In this document: piece by piece, positions 37,366 to 44,286 of the stretch
Numbering within the stretch: position 1 is the first letter of the stretch
Layout: each line of letters begins with the position of its first letter
Assembly: GCA_051532055.1 (NCBI GenBank)
Contig: JAOPTX010000066.1
Coordinates: forward strand, 1 to 44,286
Length of the DNA stretch: 44,286 bases
Source of the DNA: Fibrobacterales bacterium
Lineage (GTDB): Bacteria > Fibrobacterota > Fibrobacteria > Fibrobacterales > JAOPTW01
Direction of reading: 5' to 3'
Notes under the pieces: model-generated
The model's database searches: none
Seen by the model: the letters and a program-made list of their open reading frames with translations, nothing else
What the model was told of the DNA's origin: nothing
Position numbers and translations under genes: made by a program

Positions 37366-38844
37366 TTAAAAAGCAGTAGACATCTTAAAAAAGAGCTTTG
37401 GTCGAGTAACTTTTTTAAAGTCATACATTTCGAGCGATATTTTAATCTCAAAGTTTAGCCGTTTTTTAGACATAAGCGTACATTCAGCGGTGTAATCTAA
37501 CACAATCTGTTTCGTCCTATAATCAAGACGGGGAAGGGTCATTGACACTCGATCATCAAAAAGATAGGGAAGGGAACGAGCCAAGAATATTGAAAAAGGT
37601 AACCACCTATTTCCTTTATAGGTTCGATTGTGAATTGTTGAGCTTACTCCAACAGTTTGTAGATTATGATGGTAGGTCAAGTGGTTCTCCACGAGAGGAA
37701 CCCCACTCTGAGACATGTCACTCCAAAGAGCAATACTGCGACCTTTCACTTTCCCTAGATCAAATACTGTCGTGAGTCGTGACCGATGAAATACGGACTC
37801 CCTTTTATTTATTGACGTAGAGCCTGTGTAACGAATCTTCCATTGACTATTAGACCAATTATGACTTTGAGTCACCAACAACTCTTGTCCCTTATTTATC
37901 ACAAGTACACCACCAATAGTATCTTTCTCATATCCAACCCGTGTAAAAACAAAGTCCCTATAAGAACTGGTTCGATATGAGATCGCAAGTTTAGACACTA
38001 TTTTTTTCATAGTACTTTTTACTGTAATTTCACCATACATTGCAGAAAGGCTACCCGAATTATACAGTGCAGCACTCATTACACGCCCCCCTTTTCCGAT
38101 CTCTCCTGACAGGCCCCCAAGAGGCATTCGCTGAGAGATTAGATAATCTGATGAATAGATATGGCCATACATAATCATTGGAGCGATATACCCCTTGTCT
38201 ATTTCTTTACGAACCGAAACAACGGCCAACTTACTATGAAATACTCCATCCTCATTTCTATACTTTTTATATGAGCCTCCAAGTTGAAACAATGTTCCTT
38301 CGGCTATGTACTCTATCAAGCCACCATTCAACCTCTTTTTGGGCTGTACCATTGAGGACTCACTGTTATTTAAAACCCTCGGTGCCGATATCGAGTGACT
38401 GCCATGCCTTAAAGAAATGGAACCGATCTCAGCACGCAATCGTCCATTTTTAAGTGCCATAGATCTTGATTGAATACTTTTCGTGTGTGGATATAAAGAA
38501 AAAGTCACTCCCATTTGCTGAGTAGCTAATGATGCACTTAAAGAACTCCTTAAAAGAGAGTCACGCTCTATATCTCTATGGAAACTGTACTCTGCCCGAA
38601 TAGTATGTGAAACATCTCCCGTATCAAGTACAATGCCAAACTCATCAAAAAGCGCTTCGCACTCCACAGAGTCCTCCGCCCACTCTGCATACTCTATTCT
38701 TTCAATAAGATCCTGATACTCATCCCACGTAAGAATACCATCGTCAACTTTTTCATACGCATGTTGGTATGGTGAGTATGACCATAACTGAGTCATTATT
38801 AGAATACTGATGGCAATCACCACCTTCACTGGTTTACAATTCAT
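37366..38844 (-). CDS. Hypothetical exported / putative outer-membrane protein
   Basis: 492-aa ORF; signal-like N-terminus; strand-rich; terminal Phe. Confidence 0.6.
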   Translation of the reverse strand: MNCKPVKVVIAISILIMTQLWSYSPYQHAYEKVDDGILTWDEYQDLIERIEYAEWAEDSVECEALFDEFGIVLDTGDVSHTIRAEYSFHRDIERDSLLRSSLSASLATQQMGVTFSLYPHTKSIQSRSMALKNGRLRAEIGSISLRHGSHSISAPRVLNNSESSMVQPKKRLNGGLIEYIAEGTLFQLGGSYKKYRNEDGVFHSKLAVVSVRKEIDKGYIAPMIMYGHIYSSDYLISQRMPLGGLSGEIGKGGRVMSAALYNSGSLSAMYGEITVKSTMKKIVSKLAISYRTSSYRDFVFTRVGYEKDTIGGVLVINKGQELLVTQSHNWSNSQWKIRYTGSTSINKRESVFHRSRLTTVFDLGKVKGRSIALWSDMSQSGVPLVENHLTYHHNLQTVGVSSTIHNRTYKGNRWLPFSIFLARSLPYLFDDRVSMTLPRLDYRTKQIVLDYTAECTLMSKKRLNFEIKISLEMYDFKKVTRPKLFFKMSTAF

Positions 38845-38921
38845 CCTCTCATCTCTTTATTAAGCCCTGTATTAGACGAAATAAATGCTATTTTGGTGAC
38901 CTCAATAGTTGAGAAAAAGTC

Positions 38922-40235
38922 ATGACAATCCATAAACGATTTATTAGCCTCGCCCTTCCCAATATCATTTCCAATCTTACGGTACCCTTTGCCGGTATTA
39001 TTGACCTTGCTCTACTTGGTCACCTTCAGGATATTGCCCCACTCGCAGGTGTCGCACTGGGCACTATTATTTTTGATTATATCTATTGGAGTTTTGGTTT
39101 TCTACGAATGGGTACAACGGGTCTTACCGCTACAGCATTTGGAAAAAAAGATACCATGGCACTTACTACCATCGCCCTCAGAGGCCTTGGACTCGCTGCA
39201 ATTATCGGTGCACTACTCCTCGCTCTTAAAGTTCCTATTGGTGAGATCAGTTTTACACTACTCCAGGGTGCACAATCAGTTGAATCATCAGGTAGAGGCT
39301 ATTTTGATGCTCGAATTTGGGCTGCACCTGCAACGCTTGCCCTTTACGTTATAAACGGATGGTTTCTCGGAATACACCGCTCAGGTATAGTACTCATACT
39401 CGCTATTCTTCTCAATGGAGCAAACATCATATTTGATACCCTTTTTATCTATGGTTTTGGATGGGGGGCCGCTGGTGCAGGCTACGCAACCATGGTATCA
39501 GTTTGCATAACTACAGCAGTTGGTCTAGCTATCCTCTTCTTCTCTCTTAAATCCTATCCTCGCCCCTCACTCTCAATCCTTTTCAACAAAAAAGAGACTC
39601 TCGAGCTGCTCTCACTCAATATCAATTTACTCATCCGGACCTTTATTCTTATTACAGTATTTGCCCTTTTTACCAATATATCATCGCTCTTTGGTACCCT
39701 TATTTTGGCGGCAAATACTATTGCTCTCAAACTAATATCAGTTGGTGCCTACTTTATCGATGGCTTTGCTTTTGCACTAGAAGCGATGGCAGGCAAGTTT
39801 TATGGGGAAAAGGACGGAAGTAAACTTCTTGCAATTCTTAAACTGAGCCTTTGGTATTGCCTCGGCTCCATAGCCCTTTTTTCACTTTGCATGCTATCTG
39901 CACACGACAGTATTATATCACTCTTTGCTTCATCAGAACATCACCCCAAAGTTATCTCTCTGACCGTTTCTTATACACCTTATATCATTGTAACTCTCAT
40001 AGCTGCAGGAGCTGCTTATATTTTTGATGGGTTTTTTATTGGTATCGCTCGTGGTTCTGTATTGAGGAAATCAATGATTCTCTCCTCACTTCTTGGGTTT
40101 ATTCCACTTGCAACTCTGTCCATCTATTTTGAACAACCAGAATTACTGTGGGGGGCACTGGTTCTTTTTATGATCATGAGAAGTATATCACTCGCCACTA
40201 TGATTCGCCCCACTATTCGCTGTGTGTCTGAGTAA
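38922..40235 (+). CDS. MATE family efflux transporter (DinF-like)
   Basis: [34 protein letters not shown]; multiple TM helices. Confidence 0.93.
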   Translation: MTIHKRFISLALPNIISNLTVPFAGIIDLALLGHLQDIAPLAGVALGTIIFDYIYWSFGFLRMGTTGLTATAFGKKDTMALTTIALRGLGLAAIIGALLLALKVPIGEISFTLLQGAQSVESSGRGYFDARIWAAPATLALYVINGWFLGIHRSGIVLILAILLNGANIIFDTLFIYGFGWGAAGAGYATMVSVCITTAVGLAILFFSLKSYPRPSLSILFNKKETLELLSLNINLLIRTFILITVFALFTNISSLFGTLILAANTIALKLISVGAYFIDGFAFALEAMAGKFYGEKDGSKLLAILKLSLWYCLGSIALFSLCMLSAHDSIISLFASSEHHPKVISLTVSYTPYIIVTLIAAGAAYIFDGFFIGIARGSVLRKSMILSSLLGFIPLATLSIYFEQPELLWGALVLFMIMRSISLATMIRPTIRCVSE

Positions 40236-43008
40236 CCCACTTCTGAAGAATGTCACGTACCTCAGTCAATTTCATTGGCTTGGGAATATAATCATCCATA
40301 CCTGCCTCAGTAAATGACCCCACTTCATTCTTAAGTTCTTGTGCAGTCAATGCTATAATTGGAACTGTTTTCCCCGAACCATCAAAATTTCTAATTGTTC
40401 GGGTTGCCTCAATACCATTCATTCCAGGTAAATTATAGTCCATCAACACAAGATCGAAACCGTGGGATAAAAACTTCTGAACAGCATCATTACCACTCTC
40501 GGCAATAGTAATGTCATAATACCCCAACTTTTGAAGCATAGACAAGGCAATTTTTTGATGCAAAGTATTATTCTCAACAAGTAATATTTTTGCTTCGTGA
40601 CTCCCCTCTTTGCCCTTTAAAGAATACCGAGTTACTAACTCTTGATCATTCAAACCACCTTGAGATGCAATACCAATTGTTTGTAGAAGCTCATGTTTTG
40701 TTACCGGCTTGGAAAGGTACCCATCAAAGCCCGCTTTGAACATTTTGTCCGCATCACCCTTTGCTGCTTTAGTAGTGCACACAATAAAAGTACTCTCCTT
40801 AAATTCACTCCTCTGTTTAAGGCCATTACAATACATTTCACCTTCAGCCTCAAGGATACTTTTATCAAAAATAAGCACATCAAAGGGGCGTCCTTCAGCT
40901 ACAGAAGTATCAACCGCCTGCCGTCCATGCACCCCCATTGCCTCAGTAATAAAACAACATCCAGCCGATTCTAGATAGTTTCTAAATATAAGCCTCGCTA
41001 CCCGTGAATTATCTGCGATTAACACGCGTGTATCTGAAAAATCAACCTGCTCCGTTTCCATAAGGGCAATACTCTTAGTTGATGTACCCAACTTCGCAGT
41101 AAACCAAAACTGCGATCCTTTTCCTAAAGTACTGGTATACCCAATTTCGCCACCCATAAGTTCAACAAGTTGGCGGGAGATTGCAATACCGAGACCTCTA
41201 CTCGCAAATCCACTAGGCATCGGGGTCCTAGGGTTACTATAGGGTTCAAATAGCGTTTCGTGCATATTCTCAGGAATCCCTACTCCTGTATCTTCAATCA
41301 CACACTTCAAAAGTACAGTGTGGTTATCAGTATCTTCAACTTTATGTATGTTAATTAATACATGTCCCTGTTCGGTATACCTAATAGCGTTATTCGCAAG
41401 ATGAATAATGCACTGTCTAAAGCGAGCAGGATCACCCACAAGGAACTTTGGCACAGAATCATCAATCACCACTCCAAATTCGATTCCTTGCTCTTCTGCT
41501 TTTATATAGAGTATATCCGATACCGCATCAAGCGCCTTCCTTACATCAAAATCGATATGTTGAAATTCAATTTTCCCTGCTTCAATACGTGAAAAATCAA
41601 GAATATCATTCAGGAGTTCCATCAGTGCTGTACCACTATTTTTAGCGACTTCTATAAATTCCCGTTGTTCTGTATCGAGCTCAGTCTCAAGTACGAGGTC
41701 GGCCATTCCCAAGACCCCATTCAATGGCGTCCTAATCTCATGTGACATATTAGCAAGAAAAGCACTTCGAGCAACATTTGCATGCTCCGCCTTCATTGCC
41801 ATTTCATTTACTTTTTCAAGTGACTGACGTAATTGATCATTGAGTAATTCAAGTTCATTATTTTTAGCACGCACTTCACTATTCAAAGCAGTGTAATCAT
41901 TTTTTACTAAGTCAAAAGCTTCAGCAATCTGTTTAAAAGGGTGAGATTCATCGAACCTTTCTGCAATGCCATCACTCCCTTCCCAAACAAGAGAACCCAC
42001 TACTTCTATTAATTGATCTAAATCATCAGAGGTAATCATGTGTTCCATCACTTCATGTTTACTCTCACGATGCTCTGATTCTATATGTTCATTCATAAGA
42101 TCAAGAGCTTCATTGATACTTTCGACAAACACAAAATGCATATTGACTATTGTCTGTACAAACAATAGTGCTGTTTTCATTAACGGGTGTGGGCTAATGA
42201 TATAGGTTTTCAAGGAGCTCACCCCATATTTTTTTTGAATCCTCTGTATTTCTTGGGCAAAGAGTTTTCTTACTCGTACTGGTGTTGTTACCATTTCGGA
42301 GTAATCAACGATTCGAAAGTACTGTTTTTGATCAATAATTTCTTCTCTAAAGATCTTCTCTTCAATTGCAGTAAAGCCAGTAACATCTTCGGGTATCAAG
42401 CCTTCACCACTGTGCTTTATATAAAGAGCAAACCCTTTTGCTACTTTAAATATACCTCGATATTTATGGGTTATTGAAGTATAGGTCCAATAATTATTGC
42501 CCGCAAAATCTTGGAGTTGAACCGGGGAATACACTCCTTTTGGTTCAATATTAATAAAAGAAAGTGCTTGTTCAAGTGCCTCTCGATAGGATGCAAATAC
42601 ACGATATTCGTATACTGGTTTTCGAGATAACAACTGTCTACTTTTAAGTCGAGCTCGCATTGCAAAAGATGCTCTTGTAACAAAGTATCCTAGATAATTC
42701 TGTGAAATTCTTGATTTATATTGTAAAAAGAGGCTCCGTTCCTTCCTGTTAGGCTTGCCCCTCACGTGTGACAGGTCTTCGATTTCAAGAAAAGGCTGGC
42801 CTTCCTTAAAGGCCTGTGAATATATTTTCATCAATATTTCATGAGCTCTATTGGCATCAAAATCTTTATAATCACCAACGGGAGTCACAACCAAAATTAC
42901 ATCTCCCACTCGTTTTATATTAAGATAAAAACTACGGGCAACAAGTATGTCATTCCATTCTGGCTGACTAAACTCTGGCAATGCTGTATGAGGGCATGAT
43001 GATGGTAT
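40213..43008 (-). CDS. Cytoplasmic hybrid sensor histidine kinase with two receiver domains (start uncertain: ATA 43008 or TTG 42981)
   Basis: [24 protein letters not shown], two REC domains (FDVLIFD; FDLVLMD..PGMNG..KP). Confidence 0.9.
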   Translation of the reverse strand: MPSSCPHTALPEFSQPEWNDILVARSFYLNIKRVGDVILVVTPVGDYKDFDANRAHEILMKIYSQAFKEGQPFLEIEDLSHVRGKPNRKERSLFLQYKSRISQNYLGYFVTRASFAMRARLKSRQLLSRKPVYEYRVFASYREALEQALSFINIEPKGVYSPVQLQDFAGNNYWTYTSITHKYRGIFKVAKGFALYIKHSGEGLIPEDVTGFTAIEEKIFREEIIDQKQYFRIVDYSEMVTTPVRVRKLFAQEIQRIQKKYGVSSLKTYIISPHPLMKTALLFVQTIVNMHFVFVESINEALDLMNEHIESEHRESKHEVMEHMITSDDLDQLIEVVGSLVWEGSDGIAERFDESHPFKQIAEAFDLVKNDYTALNSEVRAKNNELELLNDQLRQSLEKVNEMAMKAEHANVARSAFLANMSHEIRTPLNGVLGMADLVLETELDTEQREFIEVAKNSGTALMELLNDILDFSRIEAGKIEFQHIDFDVRKALDAVSDILYIKAEEQGIEFGVVIDDSVPKFLVGDPARFRQCIIHLANNAIRYTEQGHVLINIHKVEDTDNHTVLLKCVIEDTGVGIPENMHETLFEPYSNPRTPMPSGFASRGLGIAISRQLVELMGGEIGYTSTLGKGSQFWFTAKLGTSTKSIALMETEQVDFSDTRVLIADNSRVARLIFRNYLESAGCCFITEAMGVHGRQAVDTSVAEGRPFDVLIFDKSILEAEGEMYCNGLKQRSEFKESTFIVCTTKAAKGDADKMFKAGFDGYLSKPVTKHELLQTIGIASQGGLNDQELVTRYSLKGKEGSHEAKILLVENNTLHQKIALSMLQKLGYYDITIAESGNDAVQKFLSHGFDLVLMDYNLPGMNGIEATRTIRNFDGSGKTVPIIALTAQELKNEVGSFTEAGMDDYIPKPMKLTEVRDILQKWVTQTHSE

Positions 43009-43029
43009 ACTCTTCTCCTTTTGCTATAG

Positions 43030-43058
43030 AGTATACCATACATTCAGAAGAAGGTCGA
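43030..43058 (-). promoter_or_regulatory. Putative sigma70-type promoter of the kinase gene
   Basis: TCGACC-N17-TATACT with an extended -10 TG. Confidence 0.45.
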
Positions 43059-43210
43059 GCATTCTCTCTGCTCAAACAACCAAAATTTGGACCCTTAATT
43101 GAGTTAAAGTGAACCTGTTCTTTCTCATTTAGATCAACTCTTACTTATTTAATTCCATACACTTAGATGCCGAAAATACTATATTATCTCCCATTTTAGA
43201 ACTGTACTTT

Positions 43211-44286
43211 ATGAATCGTAACCGATCTGACATCCTTAAAAACGTATCTCGTGTGGTAATTAAAGCCGGCTCACGACTCCTTGTAGATATGGAAAAAGGT
43301 GGTGTTAATCAACCTATGATCAAGGCCCTTACCCGTTCTATTGTACAATTGCGACGCAGGGGTATCGATGTAGTATTAGTGAGTTCTGGGGCTGTTGGCG
43401 CCGGAATGGCTCTTCTTGGCATTTCAGAACGCCCCTCCAAACTTGAAAATGTGCAATCCTGTGCTAGTGTTGGTCAAATTAAATTGATGAGCATCTATGA
43501 AGAGTATTTTAGTATTGAAGGGTTCCATGTTGGCCAAGTGCTCCTTTCAGCTGAAGATTTTAGAATTCGTGATCGGTACATTAATATTTCAAATACTATT
43601 CACAGTATGCTTAAACACTCTATTATCCCTATTATTAACGAGAATGACTCGGTAACGATTAAAGAGATCAAAGTAGGGGACAATGATAAGCTTTCTGCAG
43701 ATGTAACTCAGTTTTTAGAAACTGACCTCTTGATTATATTAACTGATGAAGATGGGCTCTTTGACAAAAACCCCAAAGAACATGACGATGCTACCCTTAT
43801 TAGTGTTGTTGAAAAGGTCACCCCCGCTATCAAGGCCCTTGCTGGCAAAGCAGGTTCTAATATATCTACTGGGGGTATGAAAAGCAAATTAAAGGCCATT
43901 AAACAAGCATCAGCTGCAGGGTCAACTGTAATTTTAGCCAATGGTTTCACTGCCTCTATCGAGGATATTTTAGCAGGTGAGAATATTGGGACGCTCTTTA
44001 TCGCCTCCAAAACTAAAATTACTCAAAAAAAGAAGTGGTTATCCTATGTCAGTGAACCAGTTGGTCGTCTCTATGTAGATGCTGGCGGAATAAATGCTTT
44101 AGAAAATAAAAATTCAAGTCTCCTTTCAGTAGGAGTACAAAAAACAGATGGATCATTCCAAAAAGGTGATCTGGTCGAGGTGTGTACTAGTTCTGGGACC
44201 GTCATAGCACGGGGTATTACCAATTTTAATAATGATGAAATATTGAGTTTAATTGGTAAAAAGACAGAAGAAGTTACTAAATTATT
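43211..44286 (+). CDS. proB: Glutamate 5-kinase (partial, runs off window end)
   Basis: Manual translation: VVIKAGSR, VSSGAVGAG, PIINENDSV, GDNDKLSA, TGGMKSK, PUA domain; absent from ORF track. Confidence 0.96.
   Translation, partial: MNRNRSDILKNVSRVVIKAGSRLLVDMEKGGVNQPMIKALTRSIVQLRRRGIDVVLVSSGAVGAGMALLGISERPSKLENVQSCASVGQIKLMSIYEEYFSIEGFHVGQVLLSAEDFRIRDRYINISNTIHSMLKHSIIPIINENDSVTIKEIKVGDNDKLSADVTQFLETDLLIILTDEDGLFDKNPKEHDDATLISVVEKVTPAIKALAGKAGSNISTGGMKSKLKAIKQASAAGSTVILANGFTASIEDILAGENIGTLFIASKTKITQKKKWLSYVSEPVGRLYVDAGGINALENKNSSLLSVGVQKTDGSFQKGDLVEVCTSSGTVIARGITNFNNDEILSLIGKKTEEVTKL

Noticed and set aside
43024..43062. Amber readthrough from the in-frame ATG at 43062 through TAG 43026 into the kinase
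   Set aside because: The upstream codons coincide with a good promoter, and a strong SD lies downstream of the TAG; no recoding machinery in the window
43708..44010. 100-aa minus-strand ORF
   Set aside because: Antisense shadow of proB
1..44286. CRISPR arrays, IS elements, integrases, prophage, rRNA
   Set aside because: No regularly spaced repeats, transposase/integrase/phage motifs or rRNA-like sequence seen; intergenic gaps are all under 300 nt

Overview
AT-rich bacterial chromosomal segment, most likely Fibrobacterota. That assignment is an inference, mainly from a Fib_succ_major/FISUMP-domain protein and the style of its exported proteins. 1-9.6 kb (minus strand) is the S10-spc ribosomal protein cluster from rpsJ to a partial rplO, headed by tuf. 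Upstream of tuf lies a highly divergent EF-G that lacks the domain IV translocation loops, and rpsL/rpsG are not adjacent. Next come a RICIN + 2xFISUMP secreted protein, rdgB, an orphan feoA with a Fur-box-like site, ppnP and leuS. About 18-32 kb is a dense block of exported and outer-membrane proteins. It includes a gluzincin/propeller/barrel + CsgG-like + YbjQ-like lipoprotein cluster and a 2xDUF3015 - DUF4105 (Lnb-like Cys/His) - MORN - alpha/beta-hydrolase module, which is the best candidate for an uncharacterised system. The rest holds rsmB/fmt, a Crp-family protein, a beta-helix protein, hypotheticals, a MATE pump, a hybrid histidine kinase and a partial proB. rsmB and the kinase appear to need non-canonical starts (ATT, ATA). 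No rRNA, tRNA, CRISPR array or mobile element was recognised. All family calls come from motif recognition by eye, not database searches.
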